A stretch of 64,000 nucleotides of DNA, from NCBI GenBank assembly GCA_951406725.2, contig OX597821.1:66154001-66218000 (forward strand), read 5' to 3'. Source of the stretch: Octopus vulgaris (Eukaryota). The notes under the pieces are model-generated. The model made no database searches. It had not been told where the DNA came from and worked only from the letters and a program-made list of their open reading frames with translations. The first letter of the stretch is position 1. Each line of letters begins with the position of its first letter. This document shows positions 1 through 13,095 of the stretch, one piece after another. The position numbers and the translations under genes were made by a program.

Positions 1-118
1 ACTCACCCTTGCATATGACTACGATGACTGCAATGTTCGCACAAAACTATCTGTGTGTGTGAGTGTGAGTGTGTGTGTGTGTAAGTATGAAAGCATGTGT
101 ACAGAGGTACACTCACTT

Positions 119-327
119 TCTCTCTCTTTACTCTTTTTCTTGTTTCAGTCATTTGATTGTGGCCATGCTGGAGCACTGCCTTTAGTCGAGCAAATCAACC
201 CCAGGACTTACTCTTTGTAAGCCTAGTACTTATTCTATTGGTCTCTTTTGCCGAACTGCTAAGTAAACTCACCAGCGTCGGTTGTCTAGCAATGTTGGGG
301 GAAGGGGACAAACACAGACACACAAAC

Positions 328-364
<37 letters not shown>

Positions 365-437
365 TATGACAGGCTACTTTCAGTTTCCATCTACCAAAAC
401 AAGGTTTTGGTCGGCCCAAGGCTATAGTAGAAGACAT
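119..437 (-). mobile_element. SINE family A, 5'-truncated copy
   Basis: Reverse complement matches the family A body and (AGTAAAAG)n-like tail seen at 3607-4051, with an internal (TA)n/(CA)n tract. An opposite-strand 3' fragment follows at about 449-618. Confidence 0.85.
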
Positions 438-769
438 CAGCACTTGTTACCCAGTGTCGGTGTGTTTATGTCCCCGTAACTTTGTGATTCGCCAAAAGAG
501 ACTTATTGAATAAGTATTAAGCTTACAAAGAATAAGTACCAAGTTTGATCTGTTCAACTAAAACCCTTTAAGGCGGGGCTCCAGCATGGCCACAGTCAAA
601 TGACTGAAACAAAACAAAAGAATATATATATATATATATGCATATGGTGATGTTGATGATAAATATATAATGTATATATATGTGTGTGTGTGTCATCATC
701 ATCATGATCGGTTAACATCCGTTTTCCATGCTTGCATGGGTTGGATGGGGAAGCACAGGTTGTGTGTCC

Positions 770-801
<32 letters not shown>

Positions 802-1099
802 CCATAAATTCATGAAATACGAGAGGTGAATATATATTTATTTAACCACAGGTTTACATCCATTTCGCAACCTTCATGAATTCGCACCTTACACAAGGCG
901 ATGCTGAATAGACATACAAGTACGTGTGTGTGTATGTGTTTGCATCTGGTTACAGGTAAACAAACCTGGGCCAAAAACCAGATCTACTCCTTCTCATTGT
1001 TCACGTTTCCCTTCGATATATTTATATTAACATGCTGTCCTTACACTAACAATAACCATATTAACTTAAACAATCTTCCTGATTAGTGCCTGTTGCCAC

Positions 1100-1375
1100 G
1101 TCCTTATCTCTATTAATCCAAAATCTTCACAAACTTAAGCCGACTTGATCCTTAAGGTTTTATAGACAATAACTAATTCCGATCCACATAGCTGCGCTAA
1201 CTAAAGCTGACTTGAGCCAAGTCATATTGATTTACAAAACATCGCTAAAACAAGCTGACTTTATCCAGAAGGTTTTATTAGCTATAGCCGTCTTGATCCA
1301 AAAAGCATCATTGGCTAAACACTTCTCGTGCTTTTGCAACCTTAAACTGACTTCATCTAAAAAGCTGCACTGTCT
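1100..1375. repeat. Degenerate ~33-bp minisatellite
   Basis: Recurring unit resembling AAAGCTGACTTGATCCAAAAGGCTTCATTAGCT, e.g. aagccgacttgatcc (1137), aaagctgacttgagcc (1203), aagctgactttatcc (1252), tagccgtcttgatcc (1285), aaactgacttcatct (1344). Confidence 0.65.
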
Positions 1376-1807
1376 AGAGATTTTTGTTTGCACAAAAAAA
1401 ACTTATAATTGTATATAATTATTTTCTTTATTAATGTGTGTGCGCAAGTGTGTGTCTGCATCTTAGGAAAGTCACTTCTACAATAGCCCCGGTTGTAGGC
1501 CTGTAGGGGGAAAACTGTGCTGAAGACTGTTGTATACATATGTTTGTATCCCCACACCACTTGATAACCGATGTTGGTTTGTTTACATCTCTGGAACTGA
1601 GGTTTTGCAAAAGGAGCAGATAGACTATATACCAGACTAAAAAATAAGTACAGGGAAAAAGAAGAGATGGCCACAAATGAAATGCAATTGAGAATAAGGC
1701 ATGTTCAATTGGAGTTGACCTGACATAACATCGATAAACAGGAAAGAACAAAGAATCTTCCATATGTTAGAGATCTATTAGATAATGTTATTTTAAATAC
1801 ACTGTAT

Positions 1808-1853
<46 letters not shown>

Positions 1854-2493
1854 AGGGAGGAGAGAGGAAGGGAGAGAGAATGAACGGGGATTATCACAGC
1901 TTGTACGCTTTTGATCATAGATCTGCTTCACCAAAATTGACCTGAGATTAAACAACAACAGTAAGTCTACGAACTCTCTTGGAATCGTATTACCATTGTT
2001 AACTCCATCGCACACACTCCTAAATTCACTAATTTTCCGCATTTTAACCTTTCTTCAAAAGCGGCTGACAAGAAGTTTGGCAATGTTTTCTACGTATTAT
2101 TATTTATTTATATCTATTTTCATTTATATTTTGACCTAGTTTCCTTTGCCTAAAACTCTGGTTTATTTTACAATTTATTTTTGTTTGCTTCCTTATTATT
2201 ATTATTATTATTATTATTACAATCTGACTTTTTGGTTCCAAATATTTTGATTGTTGTCAGATAAAACGATGAGGGACTAATGGCGGTAGGAACGCTTTTA
2301 AAATAACCTGACCTTGCTGCGAGATACTATCCAGACCTCATGTTGTAAACAATTGTCTCTGCTGTTATTTTACTGGGAACCGAGCAAAACGTTTTCCTGT
2401 TAACTTCACTCTTCACTCAAACACACAAAACAACACCATCACACACACACACACACACGTATGAATGTATGCATAATAATAAAAAGGTTTTTA

Positions 2494-2911
2494 GGATCTT
2501 TTCCATTTGAACGGCAGTTTTTAACATAATTTCTAGGTAACTAAAAAATTTTAAACTTAGTATACTGGTAGAATGTGTTTATAAAACATCTTTTTCTCTT
2601 GGCTTTATTGAGAAAATTCTATAGTTTGTAAGATATTTGTTGTTTTTTCTTCTTCAATTTCTGCAATTTCAACCAATCAGTGACGTCTATTGAGTTAAAA
2701 AGCATTCTGTGCCGTATGAATATGTCCCTCGTTTAAGAAACAGATTGGGTTTATTTACATTTGAAGAAAAAAAGATACCCTTCCCCCACCCCTAACCAAC
2801 CCTAACCCTAAAAGAGATTGAAATGCAATAGATCGATTCTAGGGTCATAATTATGGGTGACAATTTCATATGACACCGCTAGAAAAACTGCCGTTCAAAC
2901 TGAAAAGATCC
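2494..2911. mobile_element. MITE with ~29-bp terminal inverted repeats
   Basis: GGATCTTTTCCATTTGAACGGCAGTTTTT ... AAAAACTGCCGTTCAAACTGAAAAGATCC. Imperfect 8-9 bp flank duplication (aggttttta / aggctttat); internal CCCTAA repeats. Superfamily (Mutator/Merlin-like) uncertain. Confidence 0.85.
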
Positions 2912-3606
2912 AGGCTTTATTCTTTTACTTGCTTCAGTCATTTCGCTGTGCCCATGCTCGAGCAGTGCCTTAATTGTTATACATTAAACTGAGAGATCAC
3001 TCCAGTATTTGACAAAGAAATTGGTTGTCAGTGACTCCGAAGTTTCAGCTTATTAACTGTCACCATAAGAGTGAAACTTTGATGCAACTACCAGACTTCT
3101 CTTTGTAAAAATTAACATATATGTATGGGTATTTATTTATACACACTCACTCAAACACTTATTCACACACTTGTTCCTATCTTTCTATACAGTGAGAGGG
3201 AGAGACTAGAGAGAGAGAGAGAAACTGGGGACCTCTATAAGGTATAGCATGTGTGAGAATTCCGCTCCATGTTCTAGAGCAGTAACGAATTTCATATTAA
3301 TAAAAAGTAATTTATAAGCGCTACTTGAAATTATATTCATTATGAAAAACCGACAGTAATACCACTATGTAATACGATTCTAGGGTATCCAATTAGCTTC
3401 CTATTTTGACAAGGCTGGAGTACTAAGCCTTTGACTAGCTTTACATTAAATTATAATGAATAACAGCTGCCACCTGATATCTATAATAGTTGTATTAGAT
3501 AAAAATAATTAAGGAAAATAATTTAAAAAAAACCCTAAAACATTGTAGACAGTATTTAGAGGGAAGCTGCAGAAAAGGTAATCGTTTTGTATAGAAGTAC
3601 GCATAG

Positions 3607-3767
3607 GCGCAGGAGTGGCTGTGTGGTAAGTAGCTTGCTAACCAACCACATGGTTCCGGGTTCAGTCCCACTGCGTGGCATCTTGGGCAAGTGTCTTCTG
3701 CTAAAGCCTCGGGTCGACCAATGCCTTGTGAGTGGATTTGGTAGACAGAAACTGAAAGAAGCCTGTC

Positions 3768-3820
<53 letters not shown>

Positions 3821-4051
3821 GCGTGTGTGTGTGTTTTGTGTGTCTGTGTTTCTCCCCCTAGCATTGCTTGACAACCGATGCTGGTGTGTTTACGTCCCCG
3901 TTACTTAGCGGTTCGGCAAAAGAGACCGATGAATAAGTACTGGGCTTACAAAGAATAAGTCCCGGGGTCGATTTGCTCGACGAAAGGCGGTGCTCCAGCA
4001 TGGCCGCAGTCAAATGACTGAAACAAGTAAAAGAGTAAAGAGTAAAAAGAG
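3607..4051 (+). mobile_element. SINE family A, full-length (tRNA-like head, CORE-like segment, internal TA/GT microsatellite)
   Basis: A box TGGCTGTGTGG, B box GGTTCAGTCCC, CORE-like cttgggcaagtgtctt, (AGTAAAAG)n-like tail, 56-bp flanking direct repeat. About 30 copies or fragments in the window. Confidence 0.92.
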
Positions 4052-4344
4052 AGTATTTAGAGGGAAGCTGCGGGAAAGGTAATCGTTTTGTATAGAAGTA
4101 CACATAGTACAGCAGAAAAAAACCTCATACTAAAATTTTTCTGTCTTGTTACTTCTTTTCTCTTTAGCTTAAATAACAAGACAGGCCTGGTTTCAAATTT
4201 TGGCAAGTGGTTAGCAAGTGGTTGAGAGAGGCTTAATCGATTATATCGATCTCAATGCTCAACTGGTTACATACTTTATTGCCCCCTTAAGGATGAAAGG
4301 CATAGTTGACGACCTCGGCGGAATTTGAAAGGCGAACGATATGC

Positions 4345-4569
4345 GAGCTGGCAGAAACGTTAGCACGCCGGGCGAAATGCTTACCAGTATTTCGTCTGCC
4401 GCTACGTTCTGAGTTCAAATTCCGCCGAGGTCGACTTTGCCTTTCATCCTTTCGGGGTCGATTAAATAAGTACCAGTTACGCACTGGGGTCGATATAATC
4501 GACTTAATCCGTTTGTCTGTCCTTGTTTGTCCCCTCTGTGTTTAGCCTCTTGTGGGTAGTAAAGAAATA
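4345..4569 (+). mobile_element. SINE family B, young copy with 11-bp TSD
   Basis: Head (gc)gagctggcagaaacgttag...gagttcaaattcc, central gcctttcatcctttcggggtcgat(t)aaataagtacc (resembles a conserved metazoan SINE central domain), tail ending aaagaaata. TSD GAACGATATGC at 4334-4344 and 4570-4580. Confidence 0.9.
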
Positions 4570-4975
4570 GAACGATATGCCTCGTCGATCATAGAAAAAA
4601 AAAAAACCCTATGTTTGAGTAGGACTGAAACAAATCGACTGCAGTTTTCGAACGGTGATGCGTATCGTATCAATATCGGGAGAGTAAAAAAAAAGTGATG
4701 TTGATTTCTCTTCTTCCACGTCCTTGCCCACAAAGATGGTTTGCCTTTTGTTAGAGAACAAAAATTATTTTAAGAAATGGATAATTAAGAATATTATAAT
4801 TGAAAATATGTCGAAATGAGTCAGATTTTGAGAAGATAAAACTAGGATTTAGGAGCGGAAATGACAAAAATATATCTTTGCAACACGTAAGATATAGCAA
4901 AATTTTTCATGTTCATTTCCTCTTAAATCATTGTGTGTGTACTTATTCACACAAATACACCCTACAGAAAGAGAA

Positions 4976-5029
<54 letters not shown>

Positions 5030-5104
5030 ATACACACACACACCAGCAGGAATACATTAGAGCATTTTACATTTATGTATGTGTGTATGGAAATACACAC
5101 ACAA

Positions 5105-5240
5105 AGATAGACAGACAGATAGATAGATCGAGAGGCAGATAGATAGACAGATAGATAGATCGAGAGGCAGATAGACAGATAGATAGATAGATCGAGAGGC
5201 AGATAGACAGATAGATAGATCGAGAGGCAGATAGATAGAC

Positions 5241-5312
<72 letters not shown>

Positions 5313-5459
5313 CGAGAGGCAGATAGATAGATAGATAGATAGATCGAGAGGCAGATAGATAGATAGATAATCGAGAGGCAGATAGATAGATAGATAGATC
5401 GAGAGGCAGATAGATAGATAGATAGATCGAGAGGCAGATAGATAGATAGATCGAGAGGC

Positions 5460-5520
<61 letters not shown>
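5105..5520. repeat. (AGAT)n microsatellite punctuated by CGAGAGGC
   Basis: GATA tetramer array interrupted repeatedly by the identical octamer CGAGAGGC. Confidence 0.95.
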
Positions 5521-5564
5521 CGTAGAGGGTAAAACATATACTTCGACTTAACATTTTTAAGAAA

Positions 5565-5610
<46 letters not shown>

Positions 5611-6331
5611 TATTCCTTTATTATTATATTTTTTTTTTTGCCTTCAATGAGGATATAAAATATATTTTGGGAAAAGAAATTTGGACACTAAAATCGAAAG
5701 CAATTGTTTGAATAGAATTTTAATCGATAGAATTATATAAATATCGAGAAAATGTATACCAAGTGTAAATTTAGGAAATAGATGTTTTTAAGGAGAATAC
5801 ACTAAAAATATACACAGGTATATATGTACATAAACGTACGTAAATATACATACTTATGTATATAAGTTACGTATCTGCATATTATATATATATAACATGC
5901 GCAGAGACAAATAAAATCACCTTTATACAAACATGCGTGTTTAGATACGAACATTAAAATCATATATATGTTAGATATAGCGTAATCTATGTATCATGTG
6001 AAGATATTTTACCAAAAGAAAAAAAATGAATAAATGAAGAATAAATAAAATAAGACCGACGAAAGAAAAATAATCATGACAAAATTTTGTAAATATACGC
6101 ATATAGGTATGTATGTATTGTGATATATGCTTGAAGAGGTATTTACGTGTGTAAGTGATATTTTTGTGATATTTTAGATAAATAAACTATTATGGTTTGT
6201 GTTTGCAAACCTCTATATATGTAGATTAAGTTTGATATTAACGTTCTCGTATTTAAGTTTTGTATAAGTGCCCACAGCGATTACATGTTCGCGAATACGG
6301 AAGAGACAGGAGAGAAGGGAGAGGGGGAGGG

Positions 6332-6362
<31 letters not shown>

Positions 6363-6541
6363 ATGACGGGCTTCTTTCAGTTTCTGTATAGCAAATCCAC
6401 TCGCAAGGCTTTGGTGGGGCCCGAGGTTACAGTAGAAGACACTTGCCTCCAAGGTGGCCCGCAGTGAGGTTGAACCCTAAAGCATGTGGTTGAGAAGCAA
6501 ACTTCTTACCACACAGCCACTGTTGTCATCTAACAAGAGAG

Positions 6542-6772
6542 AGGCGGCGAGCTGGCAGAATCGTTAGCACGCCGGGCAAAATGCTTAGCGGTGTTTCGCC
6601 TGCCGTTACGTTCTGAGTTCAAATTCCCCCGAGGTCGACTTTGCCTTTCATCTTTTCGGGGTCGATAAATTAAGCACCATTTACTCACTGGGGTCGACGT
6701 AATCGTCTTAATCCGTTTGTCTGTCCTTATTTGTTCCCTCTATGTTTAGCCCTTTGTGGCAATAAAGAAATA
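6542..6772 (+). mobile_element. SINE family B, full-length
   Basis: aggcggcgagctggcagaatcgttagc ... gccctttgtggcaataaagaaata; matches 4345-4569. Confidence 0.9.
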
Positions 6773-7065
6773 AGAGGAGACAGACAGACAGACAAACAGA
6801 GAGGGCATGCATATATATCTTCTTTTTGTTACTTCGGTCATTGGACTGCAGCCCATGCTGGGGCACCGATCACGAAGGCATTGCTCGAACAAATGGACAC
6901 TAGTACTCAATTTTTTAAAGTCTGGTACTTAATCTATCGACAACTTCTGCCGAATCGCTAAGTCACGGAGACGTAAACAAGCCAAAACCAGTCGTCAAAC
7001 AATGGTGGGAATGAAGCAAACGTGTGCGCGCGCACACACAAACACGCACACACACACACATTTAC

Positions 7066-7097
<32 letters not shown>

Positions 7098-7367
7098 GTG
7101 AAGCATCCATATAGTTTCCGTCAACCAAATTCACTCACAAGATATTGGAAGGGCCAGAGTTATAACAGAAGACACTTGCTCGAGGTGCCGCACAGTGGCA
7201 TCGAACCAGAAACCACAGAGTCACACCTGCGAGGGCAAATATAAATTTGCAAACACACACACACACACACACAATGTATGTGAATGCGTGCGCATGTATC
7301 GTTTCATTCTTTCACTAATTTCAATCACTGAGACGGTTGTCATGCTCTAGCCTCCGCTTTCAGGTTT

Positions 7368-7484
7368 GGTCCCGGGTTCATTCCCACTGTGTGGCACCTT
7401 GGGCAAGAGTCTTCTACTATAGCCTCGGGCCGACCAAAGCCTTGTGAGCGGATTTGGTAGACAGAAACTGAAAGAAGCCTGTCG

Positions 7485-7516
<32 letters not shown>

Positions 7517-7736
7517 TGTGTGTGTGTATATGTTTGTGCGTCTGTGTTTGTCCCCCCAACATCGCTTGACAACCGATGCTGGTGTGTTTGCGTCCCCCGT
7601 AACTTAGCGGTTCGGCAAAAGAGGCCGATAGAATAAGTACTAGGCTTACAAAGAATAAGTCCTGGGGGTGATTTGCTCGACTAAAGGTGGTGCTCCAACA
7701 TGGCCACAGTCAAATGACTGAAACCAGTAAAAGAGT
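7368..7736 (+). mobile_element. SINE family A, 5'-truncated
   Basis: Starts at the B box and is colinear with 3607-4051. Confidence 0.88.
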
Positions 7737-7935
7737 ATTTCTGTATGTATTTTGAAACCAGAAACCCCAGTTTTTTATATGATACTTTTTGTATTGACCT
7801 CGTAAGAAAAAGAAGAAAAAAACTGTGAACGTAAGCACCGAGGGACAATTGACGGCGACCTAACATCACAATTTTTTTTTTTTTTTTGTTATTATTTGCC
7901 GTATCGATTCCGTCATCCAACGGCACATATATTTG

Positions 7936-8392
7936 TTTAAGTTAAGTTAAGTTTTGGGCTCAAACAGCAAAAAGCAAGGCCATGTAGGGGGACATGGAGT
8001 TATGTACGGGGTGATGTTCATGCAAAGAGTTCAGGCCATTTGTGGTCAAGGGAGACTTTGAACCGAGCGGTCGTCGGCATCTTCACTATCTCGTCCGGCA
8101 GCTTATTCCACGGATTCGCAACCCGGACGGAGAAAGCCCCTCCCCTTCGACTGAGATGAAATCGTCGCAGATAGAGCTTTTCGGAGTGATCCCGCAGCCG
8201 ACGTCCTGGAGCAGGAGTGAAGAACAGCTCTTTCGAGAGGTTACACTTTCCGCTTATGATGTTGTGAGCAACAATGAGATCACCACGGCGTCGTCGTTTT
8301 TCTGGAGAATAAAGGTCGAGCGTCTTCAGCCTTTCTTCATAAGACAAATGCTTGAGACCAAGAACCATGCGGGTAGCCAGCTTCTGGACTCT
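7936..8392 (-). mobile_element. CR1-group LINE 3' fragment (ORF2 C-terminus, 3' UTR and (AACTT)n tail)
   Basis: Translation RVQKLATRMVLGLKHLSYEERLKTLDLYSPEKRRRRGDLI...FSVRVANPWNKLP is the typical CR1/L2 ORF2 C-terminus. Tandem-repeat tail at 7937-7953; 5'-truncated. Confidence 0.9.
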
Positions 8393-9077
8393 TTAATTTC
8401 AAGTTTTGCCACAAGTGCAGCAGTTTTGGGGGAGGGGATGAGTCGACCCCGAAAGGATGAAAGGCAAAGTCGACCTCGGCGGAATTTGAACTCAGAACGT
8501 AAAAAAAAACGGACGAAAACCCGTAAGCATTTTGCCCGAATGTCTTAACGATTCTACTACCAACGTAATAATATATTCGTTCATTATATTTTCAATTTCC
8601 TTCTTTCGTTTTGTTTTATTATTTATGTTTGGAGACGGGCCCAAATATGGCAAAAGAGGTGGCCATGGATGTTGTTCTTGTTATCATTGATGTTGTTGTT
8701 GTTGTTCTTCTTCTTAGTGATGATGGTGATAATGACGATAATTATGATGATGACTTCATCATAGTTACTATTTTGAAGTTGGTGTTGTTGTTTTGGCAGG
8801 ACTTACTATTCTTGCTGTTGTTGCTGTCGTTAATGTTGCTGCAGCTGCAATTTCCTTAGTGTTGCATGATCTATTTGTTACTGCTGTTATTTTTGTCATC
8901 GTCATCGTCGTCGTCATCGTAGTCATCGTCACCATCCTCATCCTTTTTGTTCGTCATTAAAAATAGGCATTACTGAACTGACACTCGCATCTTGCACCAA
9001 ATGCACACACATGCGCGCCAACATATACGTAATTACACACACACACATACACAAACACACGCACACACACACATATG

Positions 9078-9108
<31 letters not shown>

Positions 9109-9245
9109 ACACACACACACATATATATACACACACGCACATGCACACAAACATATATACACATGCGCATATGAATACATGTACATTCAAAGAAACATAC
9201 AAATATATGCATACATGCACACACAAACACATACATACACACAGC

Positions 9246-9294
<49 letters not shown>

Positions 9295-9429
9295 GCACAC
9301 AAACATATATACACATATATACATACAGACATACAAATATAGATCAGCATATATATATATACACACATGCGCATACGAATACATACACATATATAGAAAC
9401 ATACTAATATATGCACACATGCACACACA

Positions 9430-9480
<51 letters not shown>

Positions 9481-10394
9481 GTATGTATATATATATATAT
9501 ATGAAACACGTGTATGTGTAGATGTGTGTATGTATGTATATATACATATGCATGTGCATATATGAAATGAACATATATACGAAAGGAAAATAAAGGAAGA
9601 GATAGAAATATCAGCTGGTTTTCTCTGTTGCCTTGCCTCTCGTTATCACCACCACCGCTAACAACAACAACAACAACAACAACAACCACAAGAGCAATAA
9701 CAACGACAACGCCACCTCATTTATTTCCCCTCACGCTAACGCTCTATCATCGTGTTTAATTTCCTTTACAAATTACGAATTAATAGTAACATCAACCCCC
9801 ACACCCCACCCCACCCCGCCCGCACCTCTATTCCCCTTCTTCTTCTCCATCTCTCTCTCTCTCTTTCTTATTCTCCTTCTCTGTCCTTTTCTCTCTTCTA
9901 TTAACCCAACCACAATCAGATGCACACACATTTATTTCCAACACCGATGATTCTTGCTGAAATTTTACACCTGTTAAACTCAGCCAGGATGCCGTTAGAA
10001 ACAGTAGGCAAATCTCCCTCACATCACACACTCTACCGCAACCCCCCCCCCTGCCATATGACAGGTATGATATCAGTTGTTCTACACTCGATTAAGGAAA
10101 ACAAACAAACAAACAAACAAACACGACTGGAATCCCATTTATCATGTCTGCTCAATCAGGGCTGATTGTTAGGGTCTCTAAGCAAAACAACAACTTGAAT
10201 GATTTAATGAAGCAGCGATATAAACGCTCAGCTAGCTAGAAATAGCAGCCAAAATCTATCTCTCTGGATCCACATTCTCTTAGCCTGGGGTACACTATTC
10301 CTAACTAAAAGACATGATGATGGCTGGAACACAGAATAGCATCAAAGTTGATCTGGTGCTAAACAACAATGAGAACAAGATCCGCTGCGGCTGA

Positions 10395-10550
10395 TGCTGC
10401 TTGTGTTGCTTGGTACAACACCCTGAGGATGAAGGTTACTAGAAATGAGACCCGTATTGTTCTTGCAAAAACAAATTCCAAGAAGTATCCTGCAAGAATA
10501 CCAACAAAAATTCTTGAGATTTGAGGAGACTTGTTGTCACCAAACCTCAG
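10395..10550 (+). mobile_element. Decayed R4/Dong-like LINE 3' end
   Basis: Frameshifted LGTTP*G...ARIPTKILEI* followed by gaggagacttgttgtcac resembles recalled C-termini and 3' UTRs of RLE-type LINEs; not searched. Confidence 0.35.
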
Positions 10551-10978
10551 CATTACGGGCCAATTTAATTAGCATAGATTTCAATGCTAATTAAATTGGC
10601 ACTTAATAGCGTTCATAGTAATAGTAATCTATTCCACTGTAGGCATAAATGCCTGAAATTTTTGGGAAGGGGGACTAGTCTGTTTCATCTGACCCCAGTA
10701 CTCGACCGATACTTATTTCATTGACCCCCCAAAAAAGGATGAAAAGCAAAAAACTGCAAGGGTTGTTTTGGCCGACGATCAAATGATTCTGCTAATATCA
10801 ATAGTGATTTTAAATTTTGGCAGAAAGCCAGCAATTTTAGTAGGCGAGGCCTTGGTCGACTACATCTGCCACAGTTCTTGCCTGGTACTTATCTTATCGA
10901 CCTCCGAAAAAATGAAAAGGAAAGTTGAGCTCGGCGGAGTTTGGCCTCAGAATGTTAAAGAGTCGGAAAGAATGCTAT

Positions 10979-11377
10979 ACTCTTTACTCTTTTACTTGTT
11001 TCAATCATTTGACTGCGGCCATGCTGGAGCACCGCATTTAGTCGAGCAAATCGACCCCGGGACTTATTCTTTGTAAGCCCAGTACTTATTCTATCGGTCT
11101 CTTTTGCCGAACCGCTAAGTGACGGGGACGTAAACACATCAGCATCGGTTGTCAAGCAATGCTAAGGAGACAGACACACAAACATACACACACATACACA
11201 CATAAATATATATATATACATATATACGACAGGCTTCTTTCAGTTTCCGTCTCACAAGGCATTGGTCTGCCCGGGGCTATAGCAGAAGACACTTGCCCAA
11301 GATGCCACGCAGTGGGACTGAACCCGGAACCATGTGGTTGGTTAGCAAACTACTTACCACACAGCCACTCCTGCGCC
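10979..11377 (-). mobile_element. SINE family A, full-length, inserted in an old family B remnant
   Basis: Reverse complement colinear with 3607-4051; the flanks (gaaagaatgcta / taagcattttgcc) rejoin as a B-type head. Confidence 0.9.
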
Positions 11378-11635
11378 TATAAGCATTTTGCCTTACAAAA
11401 CTTCCTTTAAAGTTTTCGTATTTTGTTTTTTCTTTTTAAAGGGAGGACCACAATGTGTTTGTGGGTGAGTGAAATAACCGATTAAATCGAACGCGTTTAT
11501 TAACAGGTATTACATTTTATCAACCACATAATATAACGAAAGACAAATTAACAAATGGCGTTCAATTCAGACCGAGAAGGGACATAACTCGATGCCAATA
11601 ACAAAGAAATTTGAATAGTCAACGTTTTGCAATTG

Positions 11636-11982
11636 TTAGCGAATATATGTATATATATATATTATATAGGTACTAGTAGCGTAGACTGGACCCGGTTTGC
11701 GCACACGAGCAGACGCGTGTCCGCGCTAGCCAGACGTAGGCAGTCGATCCTACGAGCTGACTGGCGCATGCACGATATATACTTGTATCGATATATACGA
11801 TATATACTTGTATACGATATATACAAGTATATATCGTATATATCGATGCAAGTATATATCGTGCATGCGCCAGTCAGCTCTTAGGATCGACTGCCTATGT
11901 CTGGCTAGCGCGGACACGCGTCTGCTCGTGTGCGCAAACCGGGTCCAGTCTATGCTACTAGTACCATATAAATATTCGCTAA
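11636..11982. mobile_element. Near-perfect palindromic (foldback/MITE-like) element
   Basis: 11669-11814 is the reverse complement of 11820-11965 with 4 mismatches; outer arms TTAGCGAATAT / ATATTCGCTAA. Confidence 0.9.
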
Positions 11983-12424
11983 TAAGAAGGAAAGCTAAAC
12001 AAAAGGTAAAAAAAAAACAAAAACAAAAAAAACAAACATAAAAATAAAATGTAACAAAGAATATGAAACAATGTCCCTTCCTTCTATAACGACCACTCCA
12101 TTGTTATCGCTCCTTTCATTATTCAAAACTGAAGACAACCTTCCCCAAAATGTGGAGAGGATGTAGAGAAAAAAAAACGCGGAGTCAAATAACTAACGAA
12201 GTTGTCTGCAATGACGAGATCGGAAGCTGTTTATATTGTTAGTGAAAGGAAGCAAAACCGTTTGAGGAAAAGGGTCCTTCTTTCTTAACAAGTGCTTCTG
12301 ATGCCAGACTTCCTCCAATTCTCTTTGACCAACCAGGTCACACCTACCGGTTATTTCTAGTACTCATCTCTCTCTCAAAACTTCACACCATTGTTTCCTT
12401 GTATTGGCTAATGAGTAACCAGTA

Positions 12425-12857
12425 AAAAGTAGTAGTAGTAGTAGTGGTGGTGGTTGTAGTTGTAGTAGAGGTAGTCGTAGTAGTAGTAGTAGTGATGGTG
12501 TGGTGGTGATAGTAGTTGTAGTGGTAGTGATGGTGGTGGTGGTGGTGGTAGTAGTTGCAGTGATGGTAGTGTGATGGTGCTAATAGTTGTGGTTGTAGTA
12601 GTAGTAGAAGTGGTTGTGGTGATGGTGGTGCTAGTAATGGTGATGATGGTAGTGGTGGTGGTAGTATGCTGGTGGGGTGGTAGTAGTAGTGGTGGTGGTG
12701 CTAGTAGTTGTAATGATGGTGATAATGGTAGTGGTAGTAGTGATGGTGGGGGGTGGGGGTAGTAGTAGTAGTGATGGTAGTGTGGTGATGGCGGTGGGGG
12801 TAGTAGTAGTAGTGATGGTAGTGTGGTGATGGCGGTGGTGGTAGTAGTAGTAGTAGA
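12425..12857. repeat. Mixed (GTA)/(GTG) trinucleotide low-complexity tract
   Basis: Directly visible. Confidence 0.95.
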
Positions 12858-13095
12858 ACTATAAGTGGCCTGATCAAAGATATTATAGCTAGGGCTATCT
12901 TGTGGGATTTTTTTTTCCAGATATATTTCTAGAACAACATTACCCAGTTGACATACCCCGATGTGAAATCAACCAGTCCCCTCCGTAAGGATCAAATAGG
13001 GTCTGTGATTTAAGCGTAAAGCTGAAGAGGGCGATGGGTGTGTCTTCCTCAGAGAAAATAAAATATCTGCAGACTTTGACAGGGAGGTACATAAT

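Noticed and set aside
3607-3680. SINE heads as functional tRNA genes
   Set aside because: A and B boxes are present but there is no complete cloverleaf, and they are always attached to SINE bodies.
8938-9689. Long ORFs rich in YI/HT/CV, here and at 30291-31094, 54705-55263 and 59534-60240
   Set aside because: These are translations of TA/CA microsatellites that lack stops.
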